Assembly: GCF_053078305.1 (NCBI RefSeq)
Contig: NZ_CP166879.1
DNA length: 64,000 nucleotides
Strand: one strand, 5' to 3'
Position numbers and translations under genes: made by a program. Positions 46,755 through 57,390 of this stretch are shown here, in pieces. The first letter of the stretch is position 1, and the number at the start of each line of letters is the position of its first letter. The notes under the pieces were generated by a model. The model saw only the letters and a program-made list of their open reading frames with translations. It did not search any database and was not told the DNA's origin.

Positions 46755-47645
46755 ATGATCAAGAAGACAACGGAAATTGATGCCATCTTGTTAAATCTCA
46801 ATAAGGCTATCGATGCCCACTACCAGTGGCTGGTGAGTATGTTTCACAGCGTGGTCGCGAGAGATGCCAGTAAGCCAGAAATAACGGATAACCATTCTTA
46901 TGGACTGTGCCAGTTTGGTCGGTGGATTGATCATCTGGGGCCACTCGATAACGATGAATTACCTTACGTTCGGCTAATGGATTCTGCCCATCAACATATG
47001 CATAACTGTGGTCGGGAATTAATGCTGGCTATTGTTGAAAATCACTGGCAGGACGCGCATTTCGCCGCTTTTCAGGAAGGGTTACTTTCTTTTACTGCGG
47101 CATTAACCGATTACAAAATTTATTTGCTGACAATCCGTAGCAATATGGATGTTTTGACGGGATTGCCGGGGCGTCGGGTTCTTGATGAATCCTTTGATCA
47201 TCAGTTACGCAACACTGAGCCTCTGAATCTTTATTTAATGTTGTTGGATATTGACCGATTTAAATTGGTTAATGATACCTACGGGCATTTAATCGGCGAT
47301 GTAGTATTACGCACCCTGGCAACTTACTTAGCCAGTTGGACGCGTGATTACGAAACGGTTTATCGCTACGGGGGCGAAGAATTTATCATTATTGTCAAAG
47401 CGGCTAATGATGAAGAAGCATGTCGTGCAGGTGTCAGAATTTGCCAGTTAGTCGATAACCATGCCATCACACATTCTGAAGGGCATATCAACATTACCGT
47501 GACAGCTGGTGTCAGTCGCGCATATCCTGAAGAGCCTCTGGATGTGGTCATTGGAAGAGCAGACCGGGCAATGTATGAGGGTAAGCAAACCGGAAGAAAT
47601 CGCTGCATGTTTATTGACGAACAAAATGTGATTAACCGAGTTTAA
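46755..47645 (+). CDS. dgcZ: zinc-regulated diguanylate cyclase (CZB + GGDEF)
   Basis: 296 aa from MIKKTTEIDAILLNLNKAIDAHYQWL...; GGEEF motif. Matches K-12 DgcZ (YdeH). Confidence 0.93.
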   Translation: MIKKTTEIDAILLNLNKAIDAHYQWLVSMFHSVVARDASKPEITDNHSYGLCQFGRWIDHLGPLDNDELPYVRLMDSAHQHMHNCGRELMLAIVENHWQDAHFAAFQEGLLSFTAALTDYKIYLLTIRSNMDVLTGLPGRRVLDESFDHQLRNTEPLNLYLMLLDIDRFKLVNDTYGHLIGDVVLRTLATYLASWTRDYETVYRYGGEEFIIIVKAANDEEACRAGVRICQLVDNHAITHSEGHINITVTAGVSRAYPEEPLDVVIGRADRAMYEGKQTGRNRCMFIDEQNVINRV

Positions 47646-47655
47646 GCTCCGTTTA
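47639..47655 (+). promoter_or_regulatory. PhoP box (direct repeat aGTTTA-N5-cGTTTA) of the mgrR promoter, overlapping the dgcZ stop codon
   Basis: AGTTTAAGCTCCGTTTA fits (T/G)GTTTA-N5-(T/G)GTTTA. A candidate extended -10 (TGcTACTGT) lies ~23 nt downstream. Confidence 0.55.
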
Positions 47656-47689
47656 ACATTCATTGAGAAAACTGATGCTACTGTGTCAA

Positions 47690-47790
47690 CGATCCGTTAT
47701 CAGTGCAGGAAAATGCCTGTTAGCGTAAAAGCAAAACACAAATCTATCCATGCAAGCATTCACCGCCGGTTTACTGGCGGTTTTTTTTTT
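47690..47790 (+). ncRNA. mgrR: MgrR sRNA (PhoP-activated, Hfq-dependent); 5' end approximate
   Basis: Location between dgcZ and mgtS as in K-12. Upstream PhoP box. Terminator stem 47763-47780 followed by T10 (47781-47790). Confidence 0.55.
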
Positions 47791-47865
47791 CGCCGTCATA
47801 AAAATCAGGCCCCTTGTACACAACTGTAACAAGGGGCCGGTTAGGTGAGGGATTATCTCCGTTCA

Positions 47866-47961
47866 TTAGTCATCCCATTTGTGGCTGAAATACGCGGCCA
47901 GAAAACCAGAAAATAAAATTATTCCCAGTACGGCCATAAAAACATTCATATTACCCAGCAT
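47866..47961 (-). CDS. mgtS: 31-aa membrane peptide MgtS (YneM), below ORF-track cutoff
   Basis: Minus-strand translation MLGNMNVFMAVLGIILFSGFLAAYFSHKWDD is identical to MgtS as recalled. SD GGAGG lies upstream. Confidence 0.9.
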   Translation of the reverse strand: MLGNMNVFMAVLGIILFSGFLAAYFSHKWDD

Positions 47962-48068
47962 TATTTGCCTCCGTTTATGGTGTGGTGTGTTTCCTCGCTT
48001 ACCTTAATTTTCATCTCAATGAGAAAGATATTAGCAGAGGTTATCTAAACAAAGGCTGAATCAGGCGA

Positions 48069-49065
48069 TTATTGTGATGGGGAACGGCTGTTTTTGCGAT
48101 ATTGCGAAGGAGATAATAAAAAACGTTGGTGAAAGTGATGACGCAATAACGCTGAATTGCCAAAACCCGTCAGCTCGGCAATTTTCTCGATGTTAAAAAC
48201 CGAATTTTGCAGATAATCCTGTACTCGTATTAAGCGCTCATTGAGCAGCCAGCGGGCGGGCGTCATGCCAGTTAACGCCTCAAAACGTCTTAAAAAAGTG
48301 CGCGGACTCATATTTACCCGTTCGGCGAGGGAAGACACAGTATGTGTTTGTGCCAGATTCTGCTGCAAAAAGTCGAATAAGGCACCTAACGTCTGGCTTT
48401 CACGCGGTGAGGCCATTGGGCGCGTCAGATTTTGTGGTTGATCCCCCTGGCGATGTGGCTGAATGACCAGTCGCCGGGCGACATTATTAGCAATCTCATG
48501 ACCAAAATCTTTGCGCACGATATGTAAACACAGATCGATCCCCGCGGCGCTTCCGGCGGAGGTCATCACTTGTCCTTCATCCTGATATAACACATTGTCA
48601 CTTACGCTGATTGAAGGGTAACGGTGCTGGAGTTGTTCAGTGTAGCGCCAGTGGGTGGTTGCTTTTCGCTGATGAAGAAGGCCCGCAGCAAGCAGCAAGG
48701 ACAAACACGCCAGAGCATATTGATACCAGGCGAGTACCGCGCTGGTGTGCCTCGCGCAATGACTGGCATAGCATCTCCGGCACTTTGGCATCTATTCCGC
48801 GCCAGCCAGGAATAATAATCATATCGGCGTTGGGCAATAACTCCAGTCCACCATCTGCAACCACGTGGATCCCCCCGGTGGCTTGTAGCGCACCAGGTTC
48901 TACCGCAGCAACAGCAAAACGATACCAATTATCGCCCAGTTCCGGTCGTGGCAGGCCGAATATTTCAACGGCAACGCCAAATTCAAAAGTACATAGCCCG
49001 TCATATGCCAGTGCAATGACCAGCGGACGTTGTAACGTTGTCATCATTTTGCTCATTTCTGGCAT
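48069..49065 (-). pseudogene. GlxA-family (DJ-1/PfpI + AraC HTH) transcriptional regulator, frameshifted by a 7-bp tandem duplication
   Basis: The two overlapping minus-strand ORFs (48637..49065 and 48069..48791) together give a complete GlxA-like protein. The frames switch at CAGCAAGCAGCAAG (48686-48699). Confidence 0.8.
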
Positions 49066-49138
49066 ATCGAGAGGCGGTCAGTGAAAGGTAGATTAGTTAC
49101 ATTATTGTTAACACAACAAACCAAAAGGACAAAGCAAT

Positions 49139-49534
49139 ATGCGTTATGTCACTGAATTTACCACAGCGAAGCCAGAAGTTGCTGAGGCGCATTTTCTCGC
49201 GCGCTTGAGTGTCGAAACAGATTGCGCCGATGTTCATGACTCTCTGGCTTATATTGGCGATGATTTCGTTTTACTTCATGTGGTTGGACGTGAAGAGGAC
49301 TTCGCGCGTCGGCATATCCCAGGCGCTCTCCATTTACCCCATAAGCAAATGACCGCAGAAAGAATGGCCGAATGGCCCGACGATACGCTATTTGTGGTGT
49401 ATTGCGCGGGGCCACATTGTAACGGTGCAGACCGTGCGGCACTCAAACTGGCTCGACTCGGAAAGCCGGTTAAAATCATGCTCGGCGGGATAACCGGCTG
49501 GGAAGATGAAGGCTATGCCTTTGCCTCAGAATAA
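49139..49534 (+). CDS. rhodanese-like domain protein
   Basis: 131 aa. ...HIPGALHLP...VVYCAGPHCNGA...GGITGWEDEGY is a rhodanese active-site loop pattern. Divergent from the GlxA-like gene. Confidence 0.65.
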   Translation: MRYVTEFTTAKPEVAEAHFLARLSVETDCADVHDSLAYIGDDFVLLHVVGREEDFARRHIPGALHLPHKQMTAERMAEWPDDTLFVVYCAGPHCNGADRAALKLARLGKPVKIMLGGITGWEDEGYAFASE

Positions 49535-49574
49535 TGATTAGCGAAGCCGTGCCAGTAGTGGAACGGCACGAACG

Positions 49575-50762
49575 TCAACAGAGTGCTGGTTGCCTCTGGG
49601 GTCTGGCGTTAATACCTTTTAACATCAGCGCCCACGCGGCAATGATGACTAACGCCAGAATGATAAACAGCGAAGACGACGGGAGAGTGGTAAGTACAAC
49701 ACCACTCACTAATGGATTTACCGCTGCGCCCAACCAGCCTAAAGACTGGGCGGAAAAATAGCTGGCTTTCATTCCTGGCGGCGCAATATGGTCAATCAAC
49801 ATATACTCGCCCGGCGCATAAATGATTTCACCGACAGTAAATACCGCAGCTGACATACCCCACAATAGCAGGCTGTTGCCGGAAAAAATAAAACCGACCA
49901 GACCGATGACGAAACAGAGGGTGCCAGCTGTCATCAGCGCGCGGATGTTAGCCGGGTTAAGGCGGCGGCCCACGGAATATTGCAACGTAACCACCATGGC
50001 AGCATTCACCGGAAGAACAACCGCGACCACCTTTTCGGCAAAATCCCCATCAGCAATCACCATCACATATTGTGAGATGCATGAAGCAAATGCGCCACTA
50101 ACAAAAGAAGCCAGAAAGCCAGAGCAGGTAAACCACAACAGTGCTTTATCTTGTAATAAAACTTTCGGCGACCAGACACTGTCTGTTTCCGTGGCGATGA
50201 TTTTCTCGCTGCGCTTTACCCAAATTTGAATGAAAAGCATGGGAAACGCGGAACAGATAGCTGCCAGCCAAAAGGGCAGATTGATGCTCTGCATCACCAA
50301 CAGCGTGCCGAGCGGCGGGCCGACGGTCCAGCCAATATTGAGCATGGTGTAGTTGATCGAGAAGATCTTCGTTTTGCTGGTGGATGAAAGATTGTCGGCA
50401 AACCAGGCTTTCAACACTGTGGCAAAAACGGAATAGGCGCAGTTGATGAGTGCGAAAAAAAGTACCACCAGCGTGACGCTGTCCACCAGGGGAATAGCAA
50501 TAAAACCGCTGGCGAAGGCCGTAATTGCCAGTAACATATAGCGTTTCTTGTCGAACTTATCCGCCAGGATACCAAAACCGAGGCTAAAAACGACGCCAAT
50601 AGTGAGCGCAATTGTCATCGCATAACCAATGAGATCGACACTCAGGCTGTACTGACGACTTAAGTAAATAGTCATAAATGGCAGCGTGGCGCCGCGTCCG
50701 ATAGTTAATAACAATGACGAGGCGAGAAGGGCGCAAGTAGAGCGTCTCAGAGATAAGTTCAT
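49575..50762 (-). CDS. ydeE: MFS efflux transporter
   Basis: 395 aa, 12-TM MFS. Synteny next to eamA. Confidence 0.85.
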   Translation of the reverse strand: MNLSLRRSTCALLASSLLLTIGRGATLPFMTIYLSRQYSLSVDLIGYAMTIALTIGVVFSLGFGILADKFDKKRYMLLAITAFASGFIAIPLVDSVTLVVLFFALINCAYSVFATVLKAWFADNLSSTSKTKIFSINYTMLNIGWTVGPPLGTLLVMQSINLPFWLAAICSAFPMLFIQIWVKRSEKIIATETDSVWSPKVLLQDKALLWFTCSGFLASFVSGAFASCISQYVMVIADGDFAEKVVAVVLPVNAAMVVTLQYSVGRRLNPANIRALMTAGTLCFVIGLVGFIFSGNSLLLWGMSAAVFTVGEIIYAPGEYMLIDHIAPPGMKASYFSAQSLGWLGAAVNPLVSGVVLTTLPSSSLFIILALVIIAAWALMLKGINARPQRQPALC

Positions 50763-50955
50763 TTGGCTGTCCGACAGTGCATTTCGTTATGTTTTGTTTT
50801 GGAGATGTAAAGAAATAGCATGGCAAAAATCCGAAGTATAGCGACTTATTTGCCATTAATGCTGTGGTAAACGGTGATTAATGAATGAACTGTTAAATAA
50901 AAGTAAATTCAGCTAAGTTGATTGCTGACAAAAAATGAAATTCAGAGGCGGGAAA

Positions 50956-51855
50956 ATGTCGCGGAAAGATGGGTTGTTGGCGCTACTAGTCGTCGTTGTA
51001 TGGGGGCTTAATTTTGTGGTCATCAAAGTGGGGCTTCATAACATGCCACCGCTGATGCTGGCCGGTTTGCGCTTTATGCTGGTCGCCTTCCCGGCAATCT
51101 TTTTCGTGGCACGACCAAAAGTACCGCTGAATTTACTGCTGGGGTATGGTTTAACCATCAGTTTTGCACAGTTTGCCTTTCTCTTCTGCGCCATTAACTT
51201 CGGTATGCCGGCTGGACTGGCCTCGCTGGTCTTACAGGCTCAGGCGTTTTTTACTATCGTGCTCGGTGCTTTTACTTTTGGCGAACGGCTGCACGGTAAG
51301 CAACTGGCGGGGATTGCGTTAGCGATTTTTGGCGTACTGGTGTTAATCGAAGATAGCTTTAACGGTCAGCATGTGGCGATGCTCGGTTTTATGTTGACTC
51401 TGGCAGCGGCATTTAGTTGGGCGAGTGGCAATATCTTCAACAAAAAGATCATGTCTCATTCATCCCGTCCGGCGGTAATGTCTCTGGTCGTCTGGAGCGC
51501 ATTAATCCCGATAATTCCGTTTTTTGTCGCCTCGCTCATTCTCGATGGCTCCGGAAAAATGATTCACAGTCTGGTCACTATCGACATGACCACCATTCTG
51601 GCGTTGATGTATCTGGCATTTGTAGCGACGATAGTTGGCTACGGGATTTGGGGTACGCTGCTTGGACGCTATGAAACATGGCGTGTCGCACCATTATCAT
51701 TACTGGTGCCGGTAGTCGGTCTGGCAAGTGCAGCGTTACTGCTGGATGAACGCTTAACGGGTCTGCAATTTTTCGGCGCGGTGCTCATTATGACCGGGCT
51801 GTATATCAATGTATTTGGTTTGCAGTGGCGTAAAGCGGTGAAGGTAAGAGGTTAA
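50956..51855 (+). CDS. eamA: cysteine/O-acetylserine exporter (DMT family)
   Basis: 299 aa from MSRKDGLLALLVVVVWGLNFVVIKVG...; matches K-12 EamA. The track ORF starts 7 codons upstream. Confidence 0.93.
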   Translation: MSRKDGLLALLVVVVWGLNFVVIKVGLHNMPPLMLAGLRFMLVAFPAIFFVARPKVPLNLLLGYGLTISFAQFAFLFCAINFGMPAGLASLVLQAQAFFTIVLGAFTFGERLHGKQLAGIALAIFGVLVLIEDSFNGQHVAMLGFMLTLAAAFSWASGNIFNKKIMSHSSRPAVMSLVVWSALIPIIPFFVASLILDGSGKMIHSLVTIDMTTILALMYLAFVATIVGYGIWGTLLGRYETWRVAPLSLLVPVVGLASAALLLDERLTGLQFFGAVLIMTGLYINVFGLQWRKAVKVRG

Positions 51856-51885
51856 CAAGCCCCGATATGCCGGGGCCTGAATATA

Positions 51886-52104
51886 CTACATGGCTTGTTG
51901 GTTATAATAGGGCACGCCCAGCGCATCCGATTTGTCACTGCCTGTACCCATGTGATTTAAATCGAACGGTGGTTGTTCCTGCGATGGGGGAACAACCACC
52001 ACATCGCCACAGGAAGTAACGAGCGGTTGCTGGGTTTGTTCCGCAACGCCCTGCGCGGAAAAGAGAATAAGCGCAGCTGCTATTGCGGATAAAAGCGGTT
52101 TCAT
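51886..52104 (-). CDS. marB: periplasmic protein MarB
   Basis: 72 aa, MKPLLSAIAAALILFSAQGVAEQT...GVPYYNQQAM. Confidence 0.9.
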   Translation of the reverse strand: MKPLLSAIAAALILFSAQGVAEQTQQPLVTSCGDVVVVPPSQEQPPFDLNHMGTGSDKSDALGVPYYNQQAM

Positions 52105-52135
52105 AATTGCCTCAGTGACGTTGTCACGTTTTCAA

Positions 52136-52519
52136 CTAGCTGTTGTAATGATTTAATGGATGTAAAAAGCGCGATTCGCCCTGCATATTGGTCATCCGGT
52201 ATTTATGTGGCGGGACATCAAAGTAATTTTTGAAGGTTCGGGTCAGAGTTTGTTGCGACTCGAAGCCATATCGTTCTGCCAGATAGAGTATTGGCTCGTT
52301 ACTTTCCTTCAGCTTTTGCGCGATTTCCGTCATCTTACGGCTGCGGATGTATTGGCCTAATGAATGACCGGTTTCTTTTTTAAACATCCGTTGCAGGTGC
52401 CATTTGGAGTAACCCGAACGCTCTGACACTTTCTCCAGTGACAGTGGCGATTCCAGGTTGTCCTCGATCCAGTCCAAAATGCTATGAATGGTAATAGCGT
52501 CAGTATTGCGTCTGGACAT
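52136..52519 (-). CDS. marA: multiple antibiotic resistance activator MarA (AraC/XylS)
   Basis: 127 aa from [31 protein letters not shown]...; the upstream part of the track ORF overlaps marR. Confidence 0.95.
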
Positions 52520-52538
52520 CGTCATACCTCTTTTTTGT

Positions 52539-52973
52539 TTACGGCAGGACTTTCTTAAGCAAATGCTCAAGTGTTGCCACTTCGTCCGCCGTCAGGTTTT
52601 TTGTTAATTCTTGATGCAGGTCCTGGCCAACTAATTGATGGCATTGTTCACATATTGCCGCGCCGCTGGTGGTAAGTTTTACCAGTACGCCGCGCTTATC
52701 ATTCGGGTTCGGCAACCTTTCCACCCAGCCTTTACAGACCAGGCGATCCAGCATACGGGTCAGTGCTCCCAGGTCGACCGACAACACTTTTTTCAGTTCA
52801 ACCGGAGTAATACACGCCGCGCAGCGGATAGAGCAGAGCACCTTAAACTGTGCCGCAGTAATATCCAGCGGAGACAGATACTCGTTAAGCAGACGATCTT
52901 TCTTCTGATTAACCATATGGATTAAGCGACCCAATGGAATAATTTCATTGAACAGATCGCTGGTACTTTTCAC
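52539..52973 (-). CDS. marR: repressor MarR
   Basis: 144 aa, [49 protein letters not shown]... Confidence 0.95.
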
Positions 52974-53184
52974 ATTAGTTGCCCTGGCAAGTAATTAGTT
53001 GCAGGGGATAATATTGCCCAGGCAAGTATAAGTCAAATGAATGAATTGACCGATGCCACGTTTTGCTAAATCGGTTCAAGTTTTGGTCAATGCGATGCAA
53101 GGTTAGCTAAAGAGTGACACTTTATCCTTGTTTACCCCTTATACTTTTCGCTGATAACCCAGATACACAGGATAACAACCACCA
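52974..53184 (-). promoter_or_regulatory. marO: marRAB promoter/operator (two MarR operators and the marbox), divergent from marC
   Basis: TTGCCCTGGCAA (52979-52990) and TTGCCCAGGCAA (53014-53025) are palindromes. Marbox ATGCCACGTTTTGCTAAATC is at 53053-53072. Confidence 0.85.
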
Positions 53185-53850
53185 ATGTTAGATTTGTTTA
53201 AAGCAATTGGCCTGGGGCTGGTGGTGTTACTGCCGTTAGCTAACCCATTAACAACTGTCGCGTTATTTCTTGGCCTGGCAGGCAACATGAACAGTGCCGA
53301 ACGTAATCGTCAGTCGTTGATGGCCTCGGTGTACGTCTTTGCCATCATGATGGTGGCGTATTACGCCGGGCAACTGGTGATGGATACATTTGGCATTTCG
53401 ATTCCCGGTCTGCGAATTGCAGGCGGCTTAATCGTCGCGTTTATCGGTTTTCGGATGCTCTTTCCGCAACAGAAAGCGATTGATTCACCGGAAGCGAAAA
53501 GCAAGTCGGAAGAGCTGGAAGATGAACCCAGCGCCAATATTGCTTTTGTACCACTGGCAATGCCAAGTACCGCCGGTCCGGGAACCATTGCGATGATTAT
53601 TAGCTCGGCGTCCACAGTGCGTCAGAGTTCAACCTTCGCTGATTGGGTACTGATGGTTGCGCCGCCGCTGATCTTTTTCCTGGTGGCGGTTATTTTGTGG
53701 GGAAGTCTACGCAGCTCTGGCGCAATTATGCGGCTGGTGGGCAAGGGTGGCATTGAAGCGATCTCCCGCCTGATGGGGTTCCTGCTGGTATGTATGGGTG
53801 TGCAGTTTATTATTAACGGCATCCTGGAAATCATTAAAACGTACCATTAA
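53185..53850 (+). CDS. marC: inner membrane protein MarC
   Basis: 221 aa, MarC/UPF0056 family. Synteny. Confidence 0.9.
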   Translation: MLDLFKAIGLGLVVLLPLANPLTTVALFLGLAGNMNSAERNRQSLMASVYVFAIMMVAYYAGQLVMDTFGISIPGLRIAGGLIVAFIGFRMLFPQQKAIDSPEAKSKSEELEDEPSANIAFVPLAMPSTAGPGTIAMIISSASTVRQSSTFADWVLMVAPPLIFFLVAVILWGSLRSSGAIMRLVGKGGIEAISRLMGFLLVCMGVQFIINGILEIIKTYH

Positions 53851-53874
53851 AAAAGGCCCGAATGGGCCTTTCAA

Positions 53875-55065
53875 CTATTGCGTCTGTTCTTCGAGTGTCA
53901 CTGGCCAGCGGCGAAATATAATGATTGACCATATTAACGCGGCAAAAGCAGGCACCGCGCCCACATAACCAATCATCGACATTGACCAGTGCAGACTCAC
54001 CTGATTACCTACCAACGCACCCGCCCCGATTCCAATATTAAATATCCCGGAGAATAGCGCCATCGCGACGTCGGTAGCATCTGGTGCCAGCGCCAGCACT
54101 TTAACCTGCATACCAAGCCCGATGATCATCATCGCGATCCCCCAGAAAATACTCAGCATCCCGAGGTGTATTTCACTGTTCGCCGCAGGTAGCAGCAGTG
54201 CCAGGCACACCAGCAACAGCGCAATCGCCGTACTTACCAACGCAGACGCATACTGATTACCCAGTTTACCGAAAATCACGCTGCCAATAATGCCCGCACC
54301 ACCGAGTAATAACAGTAATGCCGTGGCAAAGTTGGCGCTGAATCCCGCAATGTTTTGCACAAAAGGCTCAATATAGCTGTATGCCGTGTAATGGGCGGTG
54401 ACAACCACCACAGTTAACAAATAAATGCTCATCAATGCCGGGCGGCGGAACAATAGCGGGAGGCTTTTCAATGAACCGGAATGCTCACTGGGCAGTAAGG
54501 GAAGTAACTTAATCAGGCACAAAAGGGTAATAAGCGCCCCGATACCAATCGCGAAGAAGGTCATTCGCCAACCGAAATACTGCCCCACAATGCGCCCGAG
54601 AGGTAATCCTAATACCATTGCCAGTGCTGTACCTGTGGCAATTAAACTCAATGCCTGTGCTCGCTTCCCGGCCGGAGCCATACGGATCGCCAGGGACGCC
54701 GTAATCGACCAGAAAATCGCATGTGCAAAAGCCACACCAATGCGACTGATCACCAGGACGGTAAAGCTCCACGATAAAAACGACAGTACGTGGCTGGCAA
54801 TAAACACCACAAACAGGCAGATCAGTAATTTGCGCCGTTCAACCTGGCTGGTCATTAACATAAAAGGCAATGACATTAGCGCTACTACCCATGCGTAAAT
54901 GGTCAACATGATGCCGACCTGAGCGGTTTGCATGTGAAAACTTTGCGCAATGTCAGAGAGCAGGCCAACAGGGACAAATTCGGTGGTGTTGAAGATGAAG
55001 GCGGCGACTGCCAGCGTAACGACCCGTAGCCACGCCACTTTGCGGGAAACAGTGTTTGTTGTCAT
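53875..55065 (-). CDS. sotB: MFS sugar efflux transporter
   Basis: 396 aa MFS. Position next to marC as for K-12 sotB (ydeA). Confidence 0.85.
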   Translation of the reverse strand: MTTNTVSRKVAWLRVVTLAVAAFIFNTTEFVPVGLLSDIAQSFHMQTAQVGIMLTIYAWVVALMSLPFMLMTSQVERRKLLICLFVVFIASHVLSFLSWSFTVLVISRIGVAFAHAIFWSITASLAIRMAPAGKRAQALSLIATGTALAMVLGLPLGRIVGQYFGWRMTFFAIGIGALITLLCLIKLLPLLPSEHSGSLKSLPLLFRRPALMSIYLLTVVVVTAHYTAYSYIEPFVQNIAGFSANFATALLLLLGGAGIIGSVIFGKLGNQYASALVSTAIALLLVCLALLLPAANSEIHLGMLSIFWGIAMMIIGLGMQVKVLALAPDATDVAMALFSGIFNIGIGAGALVGNQVSLHWSMSMIGYVGAVPAFAALIWSIIIFRRWPVTLEEQTQ

Positions 55066-55215
55066 AACAGATTATCGGGTGAGTTGCGAAAAAGTGATGA
55101 AATGATCTTAAAACGGTTAATGATGTGAATACAATGCATTTGTGATCTGGATCGCGTTTTCCGTTTCTCTGACGCTGATTCTTTCACGCGTCAGAGAGAC
55201 GGTAAACATCACGGT

Positions 55216-56331
55216 TTAATGACGATCAGGAATGTCTGGCGTTTTGGAGGTTGCGGGTATAGGTGGTCTGACAGGGGAGCGAGGCCTGTTTTTCACCAGG
55301 TCTTCATGAGTAACTTTTGGCGGTGTTTCATTTTTTACAAACAGTTTGAGGGTCTTGCGCGCCATATGTTTGATAATTTTATCATCACTTAATGATGCTG
55401 GCATCAACACGTCATTCAAATCACTTTCATTGGGATTCATAAATTGGTGATAGTGTAACAACATATTGGCGAAAAATAAAAACAAGTCCTGAAAATGAGG
55501 AGATTCTTGTTCTGCTAAAAGGGATAAAAAACAGATGCAGACTTCGGGTAGTACATGTTTGTTAGAACCTAATGAATCCATCAGGCTTTGCAATAAATCC
55601 TCTTTTAATTCGCTGTCCGTTATGTCGAGAATGGCGGTGATCAAGTTAGGATCTTTATTGACGAACCATCTGTGAACCTCAGAGTTATTCCATAATCGGG
55701 GGAGTATGACAAAATTACCGCGAGAGATAAAATTCAGGACAAGCAAATCAAACTGGCGTAAGTAATCTGCAGCGGTATGGTGATCCGGAGGCAGGGGTTC
55801 AATATGTGGTGTATGCGCTCTTTTGATGGGAACGCCAGGGTTGATCATTGGGAATTGTTCAATAAAATCATTCAGAAACAGAAAGAGCACACGCTCGACG
55901 CCGGTCTGAAATACGCGCCCCATAGTAACAGGCTTTGGGTTGGGAGCGCAAAAAATATTAATTTCTCCATCATGGCGGAAATTATCTAAATAAATAGGGC
56001 TTAAATTTATTACTACCTGAAATTCAATATTTTCTTTGTGTCTTCCATTCCTGGCGGGATAAGTGAGTTTAAACTGAACCTTTTCATTGTATAGCGTGTC
56101 GTTACCCCGAAAAGAAGTCCTCTGAATATATGATAAGTTGTCAAGATTATTAAATATCTTTTTTGTGGCTGAGTTGATGTTTAAAGACGTGCGCCACTCT
56201 TCATTACATATTATTGTACTAAGTGCATCAATAAAATCCTTTAAAACTTCTTTTACCTGCTGTGCAATATTACGAACGGGAAAATCATCAGGAAGAGATA
56301 TGTAATTGCTGATGCTTACTGGCGTAACCAT
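55216..56331 (-). CDS. yneK: uncharacterised protein YneK
   Basis: 371 aa, AT-rich gene. Position between sotB and yneJ as in K-12. Confidence 0.7.
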   Translation of the reverse strand: MVTPVSISNYISLPDDFPVRNIAQQVKEVLKDFIDALSTIICNEEWRTSLNINSATKKIFNNLDNLSYIQRTSFRGNDTLYNEKVQFKLTYPARNGRHKENIEFQVVINLSPIYLDNFRHDGEINIFCAPNPKPVTMGRVFQTGVERVLFLFLNDFIEQFPMINPGVPIKRAHTPHIEPLPPDHHTAADYLRQFDLLVLNFISRGNFVILPRLWNNSEVHRWFVNKDPNLITAILDITDSELKEDLLQSLMDSLGSNKHVLPEVCICFLSLLAEQESPHFQDLFLFFANMLLHYHQFMNPNESDLNDVLMPASLSDDKIIKHMARKTLKLFVKNETPPKVTHEDLVKNRPRSPVRPPIPATSKTPDIPDRH

Positions 56332-56408
56332 ATTTGCCCCATATAGTCATAAGTCATCGGAACATCACTATATAGAGCATATTAGCCGCAAGAACTATCA
56401 AAAATAGC

Positions 56409-57290
56409 TCATTGATATCCCTGTCTTGCCGAGTCAGGCACATCCAGCAGTTGAATAAATGCCTCGAGCGGACGTGTTTTCGCACCACGACGCCAGACCA
56501 GCCAGGTTGTTAACCAACGCCATTGCTCAGCTAACGGCCACGCTTCAACCTGGTGATGCCCCGGCATACTTTCCAGCATAGAGCGCGGAATAAGCGCAAT
56601 GCCTGCTCCTGCGACTACACAGGCCAACATTCCGTGATAAGACTCCATCTCATGGATAGTTCCCGGAGCGGCACCGTCAGCATGAAACCAGCTCTCGAAG
56701 TGGCGACGATACGAACAATTGGCGCGGAAGGCATAAATGTTACTGCCATTAACCTGACTGGCACGGATTACTGGCGCATTACCTTGTGGCGTGACGATCA
56801 TCAGCTCCTCGCGGTATACCGGTATCCCGTCAATGGCAGTATGGTTAATGGGTCCATCAATAAACGCCGCGGTAAGTTTTCCCTCCAGCACACCTTCCAG
56901 CATAGTGCCGGAAGGGCCGGTGGAAAGTGAAAACTGAATTTTGGGATAACGACGGTTGAATTCCGCCAGCGTGGCCGGAATGCGAACTGCTGCGGTGCTT
57001 TCCAGCGAACCCAGAGAAAATAAACCTTGCGGCTCATCGCCAGCGACAACGCTCCGCGCTTCATCCACTAACGCGAGAATTTGTTGGCTATAGCGTAAAA
57101 AGTTATGCCCGGCAGGAGATAGACGTAAACGCTGATTCTCGCGAATAAACAGATCTACCCCCAGTTCTGTTTCCAGCTGGCGTAGACGGGTAGTGAGATT
57201 CGACGGCACGCGATGCACTATTGATGCAGCCTGCGTAATGCTGCCAGCTTCGGCAACCGCGTTGAACATCTCCAGTTGGGTCAGATCCAT
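56409..57290 (-). CDS. yneJ: LysR-family transcriptional regulator
   Basis: 293 aa with a LysR HTH N-terminus. Divergent from sad. Confidence 0.8.
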   Translation of the reverse strand: MDLTQLEMFNAVAEAGSITQAASIVHRVPSNLTTRLRQLETELGVDLFIRENQRLRLSPAGHNFLRYSQQILALVDEARSVVAGDEPQGLFSLGSLESTAAVRIPATLAEFNRRYPKIQFSLSTGPSGTMLEGVLEGKLTAAFIDGPINHTAIDGIPVYREELMIVTPQGNAPVIRASQVNGSNIYAFRANCSYRRHFESWFHADGAAPGTIHEMESYHGMLACVVAGAGIALIPRSMLESMPGHHQVEAWPLAEQWRWLTTWLVWRRGAKTRPLEAFIQLLDVPDSARQGYQ

Positions 57291-57390
57291 AATATTCTCG
57301 ATTCGTGAATAAGTGGCTTAATATTATTCATTTTAAAGCAAGAGTAAATCTGCGTATCTTCATACCATGACTCATAAAGGAGATACCCCG

